DNA of 64,000 nt from Lama glama (taxonomy: Eukaryota), in the NCBI GenBank assembly GCA_028534125.1, contig CM052817.1, forward strand, positions 42,038,001 through 42,102,000. Direction: 5' to 3'. Shown here piece after piece: positions 37,749 through 51,941 of this stretch; position 1 is the first letter of the stretch; every line of letters begins with the position of its first letter. The notes under the pieces were generated by a model, which was not told the DNA's origin, searched no databases, and saw only the letters and a list, made by a program, of their open reading frames with translations. A program made the translations under genes and the position numbers.

Positions 37749-39119
37749 TATATTGCAGTGCTGGAGATTTGTAGTCTGTCATTTCCTCTATCCAGGGGAC
37801 AGAGAATTTGGGAGATGGCAAGTGCTTCATGTGCATGTGTTTTCATCGTTTGCATCACCATAGCCCTTAATTACAGTAATCATTTTCACAAATGGGCTTT
37901 GTTTTCTCCTCTGGCTCCTTGATTTTTGGCAGGCTGCACCAGGTCAACACCTGTTGTCTCGTTCGTTATACAGAGAAACACCTGTCAGTGGAGCCACTAA
38001 GTACTAATGTAGAGACTGTCATCTGGGGGCTTGGGAAACTTTGCTATTGTCAGAAGAAAGGAAAGAACACCTGTGTAGGGCCCAGGAGAGCTGAATGACA
38101 GCTTATTGACTCCTGACAGAAGATGTCGATGAATCCATTCCCCTTTCTCTACCTACTCCCCAGAAATGCAACCTGGGGCCGCAACATCTGTTAATGAGCG
38201 AATGAATGTGGTCAGATTCGAGGAAAATTCCTTTCTAAAGAAGACTGTAGTTAAACAGGTATGAGGGCTTTGAGGTATCAAACTCTAAATGGCTTTTACA
38301 AATAAATATCCAGTGGATAAAAGTGGAAAAAGGGAAGTAAGAAGAAAAGAGAAAAGATGCAAAGAAATGTTGGGAGAGGATGAAAAATGGGACCAAGAAG
38401 GTTTTTTTCCATATGATAATCTCTTTCAGAAGATCAGCATTTTGAGCGCTCTGGTGGCACTAGGCTGGTTCTAGGTAGAGATGGGTGTATCCAGCCTAAT
38501 AGGCTTCACTGGAAAAACTCAGCGTCAATTCCTGAACGTAACGATTATTCTTTAACAGTGTAGATACTTAGATACGCTTATGTCCACACAAGGAGAAGTT
38601 AGAGAACAAAATGACAGAAAGTTTTGGGAAGACGAACAAAAGGAGATTAAAAGCCTATGTTTTTCAAAGACAGAGTTTAGCACCAATATTTATTCTTAGA
38701 TTTCCTAACCTTTTGTTTCCTAGGTTCAAGATATATAGAAATCCACGCCAGCCCAGAGAAATGCCTTGATCCTACCTCAGCCTGTGAAGATCACCCATGG
38801 AGCTGGGAGTTACAAGGATGGGGACGACACGAGCCTTTCCATTTGTATCTCTTTCCAGTTGGAGCTCCTCTCCGCTGTATTCTGTGGGAGGAGCTGTCAG
38901 CCTGAATTCTTCCCCCAGATGGATTTTGCTTCTCTCTTCTGTCCCATTGTCTCTCACAAAACCATTCTCCTTTCCTTACATTATGACTCTTCCTAGACTT
39001 GGGAGCTCTCCTGGCGTTGATACAAAGAGAAAGCAGGGTAGGGGCAGACAGTGGATGGATAGAATTGTAGGTAGGAAGGAGAGCAGGCAGGGGAAATCAT
39101 GAAAAGAAATTTTAATCTT

Positions 39120-40410
39120 GGATTCATTCTTGATTTTTCTCTTTTCTGCACTCACTATATGCAATCCAGCAGGAACTCCTTTTGGCTTTATCTTCCAAAT
39201 ATAAGCAGAATCCATCCACTTTTCACCATCTCCATTGCAACCACCCAGGTATAAGCTATCATCACCCCCCACAAGGCCCTGCTTTTGGCCTTTCCTCCTT
39301 TCAATTTTTTTTTTAAAGCAGCCTAGTAATCTTTTTTAAAAAGAAAAGGCACTCCTATCCTTAAAAGTACTGGTCACTTCTTGTTTCACACCTAAAATAA
39401 AAGCTAAAATCCTCCCAGTGGCTTTCCAGCCCCTAAGTGACCCCCTGGCTTGCTCAGTTCAAGCCATACTGGCTTCCTGGCAGTTCTCAAAACTCGTCGG
39501 AAACAGACTCACAGACATAATAAACAATCTTATGGTCACTGGTGGGGAAAGAGGGTGGGAAGAGATAAATTGGGAGTTCGAGATTTGCAGATATTAACTA
39601 CTATATATAAAAATAGATTAAAATGTATTTTTTCTGTACAGCACAGGGAACTATGTTTGATGTCTTATAGTAATCTATGATGAAAAAGAGGTATGGAATA
39701 GAAATATATGTATGTATATGTATGACTGAAACATTATGCTGTATACCAGAAATCAACACAATATTGTAAACTGAGTGTACTTCAATTAAAAAAGAAAAAC
39801 TCAGCCATGCATTCACCGTAAGATATTCACAAAGATCACTCTCTCTGTTTGGACTGCTTTCCCCTAATGTATTTGTCTGACTAATTCTTCACATCCTTCA
39901 AGATTTTGCTCATGTTTTCTTCTCAAATGTCATCTGATCACCCTCCATACTCCCTAATACCCACGCTGCTTTTCTTTTTAATTTTTTTCCATAGAAGCTG
40001 TATATTTAATAAAGAGTTATGTATGCGTTCTTGCCAGATACTAATTCATCTAATGCACATACCAACTTATGGAGTAGGAACTGTTGTCTATTTTATAGGT
40101 CATAAGAAAACTGGGGCACAGAGAGGGTAAGTAACTTACCCAAGTCAGCCAGCTAGGAAGTGGTAGCGCTGAGGCTGGGACTCAGGCTGATTCTAGGAGC
40201 AGCACCCTTACAACTGTGCTTTGATGTACTTAGCACTTTCTAATATACTGTAGGATATACATCTATATTGTGTTTGTTGTTTACTGTCTTTGTCCCCTGC
40301 TAATATGAAAGTTCCATGATGATGAGGCTCTTTCTTCTGTTCACAGATACCTAGAATGGGGCTTGATATATACTGTGGGTGCCCAATAAATGCTTGTGGA
40401 ATGAATAAAT
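39120..40410 (+). mobile_element. L2 remnant interrupted by L1 and MIR insertions
   Basis: ttctgcactcactatatgcaatccagc...ttccaaatata...; ends gcccaataaatgcttgtggaatgaataaat. MIR-like segment at about 40030-40220. Confidence 0.6.
39497..39796 (+). mobile_element. 5'-truncated L1 3' UTR fragment inserted in L2
   Basis: aaacagactcacagacataataaac...gggaagagataaattgggagttcgagatttgcagata...acttcaattaaaaaag, with a short aaaactc repeat at both ends. Confidence 0.8.
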
Positions 40411-42659
40411 AAACTCGATGATTGACAGTCTGCTCTCCAGCTTGAGATACATCATTTTGGGCTCATTATCAAGACATCCATTTCTCAGGCACCTCGATTT
40501 ATCCTCCAGGGACTTCAGGTAAAGTAGAACAGGGAGAAACTTCACTCTAGTTCAGATATTTTATTTCATCCTATCATTTTCGAATGAGTGAAACTGCCAT
40601 AGAGATGCAGCTGTTATTTCCCTCTGATTTTTTTTCACCTTAAGTTTCCTTTACAATTCCACCCACCCCTCTCCACACTGTACTTGGAGTGGGTAAATGT
40701 GAAAGGAAAGAAATGAGGATTCACTCTTGGTCTTATATACACACACGCTAAACACTAGTTAGCTTTTACATTTTATATCCTCTAGGAATTTTGTAGTAAT
40801 GACAGCACAAAGGCAGAAGGAATCTGCAGCCAGAGAATGGGCATGGACGATGTGACAGAAATGCAGCTGATTCTTCGTGGTACCCATGCTTGAGAACAAA
40901 ACATGGCAAACCTCATACACGCAGATTTTTAAAAATTCCAGTCCAGCAAAGTGGAAGCCCTCAGTGCTTCAAAACTGTTTATTCTGTAAAGACAGCAGGC
41001 TCAGTGGTGGAAAAGACCCCTAATGAGAACCAACGTAACTGAATTCTAATTCTGCAGCTCACCTCCACACACACACATACACACACGCACGCACAGTAAC
41101 TGTGTAGTGAGTTAAACCCTAGAGCCTCATTTTCATTCTCCATAAAAATAAGGGTAATAATTTCTGTTCTGACATCCTTTGTTTGGAGAAATAAAGGTAA
41201 AAACACAGTTGTAACTATGAATGTGAAATTATTACAGATTTAATTGATAATTTAAATTATGTAATTACAAAAATTATAATTGTTTACATTAAATTTGTTA
41301 AAACAATGCACTTCCTTAATACACAAAAGAGTCTCACAATGCATGGATATAACTATTTTAACCAGATCATCTTGCCTTTGGAGAAATGCAGGTAATTAAA
41401 TCGAGAAGATGAATGCCCTTGTGTGTCACAATCTGTGACAGAAGAGCTTGGTCCAGCAGCTTTTTACAAGGTGGGATTATGATGCCCTATAGGTGGTTCA
41501 GCAGCTGAAAGACAACTGCAGAGAACATTTGAGAATTAGGGTGAATGAGATTTATCGGCCTGATTCTGAGGAACACTAATGGAAGCGAAGATAAAGTAAA
41601 GAAGTCCAGTCTGCATTTGCAACTGTCTTCTTCAAATAGTGGTCTTTTTTCCCACCAACACATCTAAAGGCAGCAAGTCACTGCTGTGTCATCTTTTCTG
41701 ACTCTAAGGCCTCCAGCAGGTACAGCAGTTTGCAGAGTATGAGGATTTGTCCGGATCACTTGTCCACCCTTTAAAAGAAAGGGGTTTCGCTTCAGATTTC
41801 CATGTGGGAATACCTTTGTAGTGGACACTTTGAAGCCGTGCTAGTTAAAGCTATGTCGCAAAATCAAACAAATAATCTCCCATTGTCTGAACTGAATGCC
41901 TCCACCGTGGCTGACGTGCCAGAGAGCACCTGGAATAAACTCTAACCTGTTTTCACCTCATTTTCTCCATTAGTAAAAGCAAAAGACAAACTCACTGGTT
42001 TTGAGACTTTTCCTCATATATAGTTACTTTTCAAAGTTTTTTTGAAAAAAGTATTTTAGGGCCTCTTACTGCATTAAGCTTTGTCTGTAATGTGTTTTGA
42101 TTTGTTCAGAGAAACATGAGCAACAGGACTGTATGTTCACTAGAACAAGACATCATAGTGAAAATTTAGGGGCACATCTAATATTAAAATTTTTTAAGTC
42201 AATGTTTTCTAAGAAAAAAGAGAATCATAAAGGAACTGTCTATCTCAATAGCAAAGGTCATTGTTGGTTTGTTACAAAGGTAAAGCACTTTGAAACATTC
42301 GAAATTGTTCCTAAAAATATTACCTTTGTATTAATGAGTAAGGAAGGAAACTTTTGCACTTTCCAATACAACTGTTTCACACCCAGTCTATTGCTGTGGA
42401 ACACAGGATTGTTAACAAAGCAAAATCTAGGGGACTCATTGTTTACAGCTTCTTAAAAGGAATCTCAGGAAACTACCTTCTGTGTTAATGCAGGGAACCA
42501 GGACGTACTGGACGAGGTCTTAGTATGCACTGACACGAGATGCAAGCATCCAAAGGGAAGAGATCAGCACACACCTAGACATCAGCATTAGAGGCTGCTG
42601 GAGTGAATCACGCAGCATTTCTCCACTGCACAAACACACCTGACCTCGGCACATAAAAC

Positions 42660-42890
42660 ACACATTCAGCCTTCTGCACAGGCACAGTGCTCCTAGCTCT
42701 GCAACCTGGAGAACTTGTCTTAACCTCTCTGTGCCACAGTCTCCTCACTGGGAAAATGGAGACAGTGATAAATAATCTTTGCCTCTGAGTGCGATTTGAC
42801 TGTCACCGTAAAAGCTGACGAGCTAATGCACACAAACGAAGCACTACTTCCCTTTCCTGGCACATCGAGTGCCTAAATACTGTTAATGAT
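42660..42890. mobile_element. MIR SINE remnant
   Basis: cttaacctctctgtgccacagtctcctcactgggaaaatggagacagtgata core. Confidence 0.6.
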
Positions 42891-44212
42891 CATAATGTAA
42901 CCCCTCTTTTCCCTCTCACATACTTCGGGGAAAATCATTTTGGAGAAGAAATGGATTACCATTTTGATGCAAGTCAACAAATATATCAAAATGGTCTTTC
43001 CTTTTCCAAGTCAGATTTCTTCAGTTCTGTGAAAGGTAAAGAAAACGTTCTTTATCCTGATTGGTAAAAATCACAAGGGATTTCCTTTGTCATAAATATC
43101 AGAGACAGTGTCATCAGATGACATGTAAAGGAATGATATGCCTCCAGTTTAACAGAAATAGTGCTCAAGTTTTGCAAGCAATGAAATAATGATCGCTTTT
43201 GTCTTCCCATTACTGGAGTGATGACATTCAGGCACCTATATCTTGTGTTCTACCAGTAAGCGTAGCATATCTCTTCTAGATAAAAAGACAGCTGTCATGT
43301 AATGCCGGAATAAAGCGTTCAGATCACACTCCATTTGTCAAGTCAGTATGTCACAAAATATATTTTTCTTCTAGGGATTTTCCTAGCTTGTCCACTTATT
43401 ACAGGCATATTAAAGAGCCCTTCTTGTGTTAGAAACATAAAACACTCAAATAAAAACAAGTGCAAATATTCCATTCTCCAGGGGAAGATGAGAGTTTCCA
43501 GGAAACACCCGTAACTGTATGCACACTTCTCTGTTACGTGCTTCTTTTCAACATGAAGCTAAAGGAGCAAATGAAAAACAGTAGTCATCACTCTACTTTA
43601 TTTACATTTTGTTTTATTTTGTTTTTCATTCTTTAAAAAGTTTACCTATACTAAAATTCATTCTTTTTGGTGTGCTGCTCTAAGTTTTGTAAGTGCATAG
43701 ACATATAACCATCACCACGCTGAAGACCCTCATTTGGTTTTAATTAGCCCTAAATTATACATAACATAATATAAGTGGCAAAGTGTAAGTGATTCATGCA
43801 AACACAGAGAATGGGGGAAAATGACAGAGGAAAGGTACATGGGCTTCTGTCTTCTGAAATAAGCCCTTCATTTCCACAATTTCCATTTACTAATTTCTTC
43901 TCTTTTGTTCCCTTAAAAAAAAAAAGGTCTCAGCTTAAAAGCTGCTTTCTCTCAAGTGCCTTTCCTGACTCATCTCCCACCCTAGATCTAGATTAGGTCC
44001 TCCTGTGATGTTTTCAGAGTATCATTACTTACCACAATTTACCTATACAGCTTTTTTCTGCACAGCTTTTTATGGGTAATCAGCCTAAAGTCTGTCTCCC
44101 ACACGCCTAAGTTGAGAGTGTGATTGGTCCTGCAGTCTCTCCAAAAATGGCATTTGTTTCAACAATTTTTTCAGGCTCAAGGATAAAATAATCCTAATAC
44201 TATCAAATTATT

Positions 44213-44633
44213 TTTAAAAATTTTTCATTGACATGTAGTTGATTTACAGCATTAGTTTCAGGTGTACCGTGAAGTGATTCAGTTATACATATACATACAT
44301 ATATTTTCTTTTCAGATTCTTTTCCATTACATGTTATTACAAGAAATTGAATATAGTTCCCTGTGCTATACAGTAGGTCCTTGTTGTTTATCTACTTTAT
44401 ATATAGTAATGTGTATCTGTTAATCCCCAACCCCTCATTTATCCCTCTGCCTTTTCCCCTTTGGTAACCATAGTTTGTTTTCCACATCCATGAGTCTGTT
44501 TTTGGTTTGTAAATAGAATTTGTATCATTGTTTTTTAAATTCCACATATAAGTTATATCATATGATACTTATCTTTCTCTGTCTGGCTTACTTCACTCAA
44601 TGGCATTATTTCATTCTTTTTTATGGCTGAGTA

Positions 44634-44716
<83 letters not shown>

Positions 44717-44753
44717 GTCCAAATATATATATGGAGTATATATATTTCAAATA
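44213..44753 (-). mobile_element. Antisense L1 3' fragment with internal (CT)n(AT)n expansion and 12-bp TSD
   Basis: Reverse complement of the L1 3' UTR seen at 4195 and 37548. TSD tatcaaattatt (44201-44212) / tatcaaattctt (44754-44765) followed by AA, consistent with an L1 endonuclease site. Confidence 0.8.
44638..44710. repeat. Compound (CT)n(AT)n microsatellite
   Basis: Seen directly. Confidence 0.95.
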
Positions 44754-47129
44754 TATCAAATTCTTAATGGCATCATACCAACCCCCTTCTAATGGTTAGG
44801 TAAAAGTTGTGTGAAAGGAAAGATCAGTATGTACAGCTGAACATCAGCAGAAGGATTTATAAAGTATGTAAATGAAGTTACATGTGGAGTCTTCCTGGAA
44901 TGAACTTGTTTCCAACCAACAAATGGCATGAGATCTGCCACCAGTCTCTCTCCTCCCAGAGTTAGGCTCTACAGTTAGCTACACCCCTTAGCTTTCATTG
45001 GATAATCAGCTCTAAGCCAGGCTGGCCCACAAAGGTTGATCTGGGTTCAAATACTGGCAAGAAAGGCAACCTAGATGCTAGCAAAGATTTCTTTCACTTT
45101 GTCTTACTACAGAAATAGCAGTCACGTAGAGTAAGGCTGACGTGTCGCAAGATCGCATGTGACCGATCCATGTCTTCTTAGCTCCTCGTGCTCCTGCTTG
45201 CAAAGTGCTGCTTTAGTTTATTCAGTCCTTTAAAGATCTGACCAGTAAGAGGAGACAAAAAAAAGCATATACTTTCTGCCTTTTATACTTTTAAGCTGGG
45301 GGAACAGGCCACATCAGCAGCCAAGGTCCTCTCAACTAGGAATTCTTGCTACTCCCCAATTAAATGTTCCCAAGTTCTCTTTCTTCTGTCATCACTGGAT
45401 CTATAGCAGCCCAGCCATGGCCCACCATGAACTCCGTGACAGCCGGAACTGTGTCTATTTTGGTCACCAGTTGAATCCCCATGATTCCTGTAACTGAGGA
45501 TGCACTCAGGAAGTATTTACTGCCTGAGTGAAGAAATGAATGAACGAATGAATGGGTTCTGCTTCTGACTGTGCCATCAATTAGCTCTGTAGTTGACCCA
45601 GTTATTTACTTTCTTCATATTTCAGGCTTTCCTCAACTGTAACATGTAAAATCTATAAAAGCAGTTAGACTGGATAATCAGCAGGAGTCTTTTCAAAAAC
45701 AAGACATATGTTATAAACATAGATCGATAAGAAAAAGTCACTTATCTTTACTTCTTATCTCAGGCACTACCAGCCATATTGCAGCCTATTTCAATTAAAC
45801 TACATTAAATGACAGAAAGAGTATGTTTTAGTCCTGGCAATGCTGATTATTGGCATGTGGCTTTGCATAGTATATAAACTGCATGCACTTCCATTTTTTT
45901 ATGTACAAACTTAGGAGAAGAATAAGGAGATTTCTGACCTTTTATATCCCCAATGTTTGATTATTCTAGTTGTTTTAAAAATTTGTTTTGTTTAAAGTAA
46001 CTCTTTTTTTGTGAAAATTCCTGAATTGAAGTCTTTTAAGTGCCTAAGTTCCAAAGATTTTCTTTACACTGAAGTCAAATTTACAAGTCCTCTAAACCTT
46101 ATGAAGAGGATAGACATTATAGAGTTATTTCTGAAAAGGACAATAGAGGGTAGATATAAACTGGGAAAAACAAAGCATAGAGGAAAAGCAATGTCCCAGG
46201 AGATGGAATCCCTGTGCTTGCGGGAGGATTAGGATAAGGTAACATGATCACAGCATCCTTGCCACGAGAAGAGGGGGAGTACTCTAACTTACAAGGGTGT
46301 ATTAACATCATTTCATCTCCCAAACTTTTCACTTTTTTCTCTCTTTGAGACAACAATTTTGATTCAAGCAGAACAATTTTACTTCTCCCAGGATATAAAT
46401 GGCTTTCATTTCTGCGAGAATTTCTTTTAGCCTTTGGAAAAGTGCCAAAGAGCCAGGATTTCTCCAGATTTTAAGCACATTTCTGACACCGTGCATCCAA
46501 TAAGATGTGACACATGGACATAATGGGCTCCTAGAGATAATTTTTAAAAAGAAAATAAAACTCACATCTTTGTTACAGTAGTAAACCTCTCAGGCTGACA
46601 AGACCAGGCAGGATCAAAATGTCTTTCATTACATTCTTTCACATTCTTTTTAAAGGGCACTATTTTGCATTTGATGAAATAATGGCACACAGAAGGGAAC
46701 ATGCCCTTATTCAGAGCAGTTAGATTAAGAAAAAATAATTAGGTGTTGCCCTATGGCCAGAAACTCAAGGGAGACGAAAGATTCTCTAAAAAAGAAACTA
46801 GACTTATATTTAGTCACATATGATCCATTTGAGGAAGAAAAAAGTGAAGCATTTTAAACAAAATCTTTGTTCAGTGTATTTTCTTAAGATCACAGGTTTT
46901 AAAAAAAAATCTGGTTAAGTAGGAGAAGAGTCACAGAACAATGATAAATATAAATAAGTGGCAAAAAGAAAAATTTTTGAAAGGATGAAGAGCAAAACTG
47001 GATCAAGACAATAAAAAGACTATTTTTGAGATGACAGCAATTAATTTTTAACTTTTTAACGGACATCTTCAATTAATCTCCTAAAGACTCCTAAATCTTT
47101 GCGTGCCCCAGATATCATTCAATATCTTC

Positions 47130-47460
47130 ATCTTAGATTTGATAAGAGCCTGAGATAAGGATTGGGTGTAGATAATCCCTTTGGAAGATAATTCTAGGAA
47201 GCAGTGAAGAGGGAGTTGAGAGAATGAAACCAGACATGAGAGAAAAGGGCAAAAAAAGGGGATAGATCATTGAACTGGTTACCAGCATCAGTACCTGGAG
47301 CTCAGACCCACCGGAGACATGCTGAGCACCTTGTAGAAACTGCCTCAAAATTGTCTCATAGAAGGATGGGGAAGTTGGAGCAATTAGCTATTGATTCCTC
47401 CTTCCTCCCACTTCCAGGCTGCTGGAAGCAGCTGTGCTGGTTGTGGGTACTGACGCCTTA
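47130..47460. mobile_element. Old ERVL-type LTR remnant (LTR16/LTR33-like)
   Basis: gagcctgagataaggattgggtgtag...ttggaagataattctaggaagcag motif. Confidence 0.4.
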
Positions 47461-47879
47461 GAAGAAAACCTTGAGGTAGAAAAGCAGAGAGGTGCAACAT
47501 TTGCCATTTGACATGGGACCCTGGAGATACACATGGAAGTTCTTACTATAGCAATGCTGAAATATTTGGGCAAAGAAGAGATGGTGCAAAGCACTATAGT
47601 ATCTATTAATATCTTGACTCCAAATTGCTCTTCTTCATACAGTCACTTTTCCATTAACACAATCACCCCCTTTCAACTTGCCCAAGCTAAAATGCTTTGA
47701 GTGATCATATCTTTTCCATCCACCATATCTAATGTTGAAGTTTCACTCTTTCTGTACTGGAAATCTGGAATCTGTTTCTTTTCTTTTTTATTTATTTGAA
47801 CAAGATATATATTTTACATAGTTTTAATCATATTGTATGTATAATTTAGTTCCTTTTTATTTTAACATGGGAACACAAT

Positions 47880-48300
47880 CAAATTGAAAATGGGTAATGA
47901 TAAAGTCCTATATTTAGGCTAAGAAAATCAATTGCTCAAGTACAAGATAGAGCACAGAGAATCTAACAATATTTGCATTAAAACATTCTCAAATACAACA
48001 CACAAGTAAAAGACCTTGGGATTGTGAGTTTGTCAAAATCTCAATGTAAATCGCTATTGAGATAAGGCTTCTCAAAATTACTTGCAATATTGGGATACTT
48101 GAAGAAAGATGCAGATACATGTTTCCAAAGCAGGATAAAATATTTTAAAATAGAACCAGAGAATAACAGCCAATAAAGTAGAAAACATTTGATAATATTA
48201 TTTGATTGAATGATCTGAGGTTGTTCTAGCATATAAAATAGAATTGGGAGAATGATATCTTCTTTTGGAGTTATAGTTTTTGACATCAATTACTTGGATG
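47880..48300 (+). mobile_element. CR1/L3 LINE remnant
   Basis: taaagtcctatatttaggctaagaaaatcaattgctcaagtacaagat resembles the L3 3' region. Confidence 0.45.
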
Positions 48301-51300
48301 TATTCCCAATTTCAATCCAAATATAAAAGTGAGTACTTAAAAAAAACAATAGAGGCCTTATTGCCATAACATTATTAGAGTTGAACAACTACTAACAGGA
48401 TCCTTAATGGTTCATGTATGAAAACCCATAGTCCCTTAGTTATAAATTTATAACTGTGACTGGAAGAATTAGTGTATAATTTCTAAAATAGAAGAAGTCC
48501 TAGAAGAAACTTTAATTTCATGTCCAGTTACAGAAAAGCATAGATTGAGATTTACTTTTAAAAATATGGTTTGTGTTTTTAGACATTAAATAATTTAAAT
48601 TTTAAAAGGAATGCAAACTTACTCAGACAAAAGAGACCTCTACGTTTAAAAAATGTAATCAATGTTGGTGTATTCAATATTGGTAGTATGTTCTTCCATG
48701 CCTTTTTCTATGCCATTTCAATTATCTCCAAATATTTGGGAGGTTTTTGTTTATTTTAGGAAATGAAATCTTATAATACACATGGTTGTGCTGCCCTCAT
48801 ATAAAAATATGCCAAGGGTAGCCCTCCTAGACTAGATCAATACGTATGGATCTAATTCATTCTCTTAGATATTTGCTCTATGTTTCATAGACTCATATAC
48901 AATAAATATATACTCTTTAAGTTCTTTCCAACATTTTTTAGCGGTAATTACTTACAACGCAAACATTCAAATGTACCTTTGATTTTATTTCTGTGCGATA
49001 CAGTCCCCAAAACTGGGATAGCTGGGTCAAAGGTTACGAGCAATTTTTATCTGAATAAACACTGCCAGATTACTTAGCAAAAGCTACATATCTCCTCAAA
49101 GACCCCTGCAGCAATGCATGAAGCTCTCCACTTCTGTAGAAACATAGATATTCTGGATTTTACATTCTTGTAAAGATGTCTTCAATTATTTTAAAAGATT
49201 TGCTAATGAGATTGGATTATTTTGTATCATTCTGGAGCTTAGAACTAGTTTAAGTGAAATCAGCTTTTGGCTTGGTATATTTTTTTCTAGCAATGAGAGC
49301 TGTTCATAAATGAAATAGACTGCTTTTTTCAGAGATCAGTTTACTATTTCTGCAAACTATGCTTTGGAAATAACCTGCTAAAAATAATTCTTATATTTGC
49401 ATAATAGTTTATTGCTTATATAACACATTTATATTTTAAATTTCTATTACTCTTTTGATCTCCATTAATCTGTTATTTTGTATGCTAGTTTTTAGTAAAT
49501 CTTGTTTTCTGAAGATTTATATTAATCTCCAATGTATTCTCTCATTTTCCTTCTCCGTGTGTCTCCCAGCCCCAGTTTTGTTTTTGGCATTTTGGAAAAA
49601 AACAGAGTATTATGGGGTACATCATTCACCCAGAAGTATGTAGTATAGTCATCAATATCCTAATTATGTTTCTCTTATAGATCACATACCAACTTAATAT
49701 TCACTTTAAAATAGTAAAGTTTAATTCAGACTTATCTGTGAATGCAACACGGCTCTTAGATTTAGGTTTATCACTATTACCCTAGCCAATGTCAGTGATG
49801 CTGGAACCAAACTGCAAAATATTCCTCCCTTCGTCTCCCCATAACTGAATTTTGATATGAGAATCGAAGGTGAAGACTTTAAAAACAAGCTTAATGGAGT
49901 AGTTTTAATTAACAGTTAGATTGTATTTTGGTAGAGGTTGCAGTTCTTAGAAAGCCAGTGGGGGAAAAGTGTTCTTAGAACCGTGAACATCACAGACCTC
50001 AGAACTTGGTGATTACATGTCTTGGCAACAATGAGAGTAAGTACACCATCCCAAGGGCAGATGACATGCTATTTTCCAGACATCACTATTTAGTTGTGTC
50101 ACTGTCCAGCGGCAGCCACCGATTAGGAAAAAAATCCTTCCTCCCCTGAAGGAGCATAGCCGGCACTGAAGGCAGTGGGGGAGATGTTGGCAAGGTACCG
50201 GAACAGGTGGCAGCAGCAGGTGTGATAGGCGAGAGATGACAAGGGCACAGAGTGTGCTGCGGCTGGCAAGCTGTCGGTAACCAGCGTTCAGGAACTGCCG
50301 AGAACAGAGAAAGAGCAGAGATGGTGGCATAGGGAAAGAGAAGCAGGGCAGAGCAGACTGTCATAGCAGGATGACAGCTACCCCCTGAACAAGCACAAAC
50401 AGGAAATGTGATGAGAGTGGAAGTGGTGAACTGCAGCCCCAGACTGGCTTGGAGGATCACACCATGATGACAGGGAAGCCTGCGGTCCTCCAGCAGACGT
50501 GCGAGTCACCCAGAGCTCACACTCCAGAAGGCAGACCACATCTTGCAGTCACCGTGAGAGAAGAAAACAAAGAGAAAGGAATTCAGTCATATTTCTTTTT
50601 TTCATCTCTTTTGGATGCTTTGGCTTTTTTTTTTTCCACTCAAGGAACCATGATCTGAGGAACATGTGGATGTCCCCAAATACTCTGAGAACCCAGAGGT
50701 CTTAGATTGGGAATCAGAGACTAAACATATTGTTAAAGCCCCAAGTGTATCTGCTCTATAGCTGTGTTGAGACTGCAATCAAGATGTCTAATTATAGATG
50801 ATTGTAAAACACTTCTCTCATATAATTCAATTGACTAAATATTTACTGATGTCATATTTACTGCATTAAAAGGCCCAAAAAACAAGGAGTCGCTGAGGAC
50901 TGTTACTATGCTGCGTTTGGACACTGCCTTGATACTATATAAATGTACAATATGATTACATTTAAATCCACTGTGATAGAATTCCATCAATATTTTATTA
51001 TGTTTGTTTTGACAAATTATCTCACATAAGATATTTCTCCAGGATTCTGAAGTGTCAGACTTGCTCAGGGGGCAGTGGAGTTGCAAAGCAGAGCTGAGTT
51101 TCAGTACATCACAATATATTGTTTTCTGATACACCTAATAATAATTTTTTAAATGGTGATTTTTTTGAATGTCAGCCTGTGGCTATGACAAGATTGGTTT
51201 ACTCATTCAAAATTCTTTTCATAGTGCTTACTTTGTACAGGTGCTGTTCTGGGTACAAGAGATGTCATAGACAACAATAAAAACAACCAAGACCTTTACT

Positions 51301-51739
51301 GAACTTCCACTGCAGTGAAGGGAGGCAGATGATAAATAAACCACTGAAAAATTAATCATAGTAAGCAGGATGGAGATATTAGGTTGGAGGACAAAATGTT
51401 GCTATGTTACATAGCACGGTCAAGTGCAGCATTCGTGACAAATTGCCACTGCAAAGTAACATAAAAAGTGAGGAAGCAACCTGTGCAGATATGGAAGAAA
51501 ATTATTATGAAAAAGACACACTTGGTGCAAGTCATTCATGAATTCTGTTGTTCAGGGAATCAGAGAAAAGGAAAAGTGGCTGGAAGGGAATGTAGGAATG
51601 AGAAAAAAAGTTTTTTTTTTAAGATGCAGCGATTAACCACTTGTGTGAAGATGAGGATGATTAGGAAAGAGGAAGAACTTGATGATATAAAAGAGGGATG
51701 GAAGATGCTGGGAAGAGATTCAGTGCTCTAAGGTGGGAT

Positions 51740-51941
51740 AGGCTTTTTCCACCTCAACACTGGGCCAGACAATTCCTCATTGTGAGGGCTCGTATGTATC
51801 CTAAGACTGCTTAGTAGCAACCACGACCCTACTACCCATTAGACGCCTGGAGCTCCCTCATAGTCAAGTTATGATGATCAAAAAACGACTCTAGACTTTG
51901 CCAAGTGCCCCCTGGGGGACAGAACCACTGAGAACCACTGG
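51740..51941. mobile_element. MER20 hAT MITE
   Basis: gggccagacaattc...ctagactttgccaagtgccccctggggg...tgagaaccactg. Confidence 0.7.
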
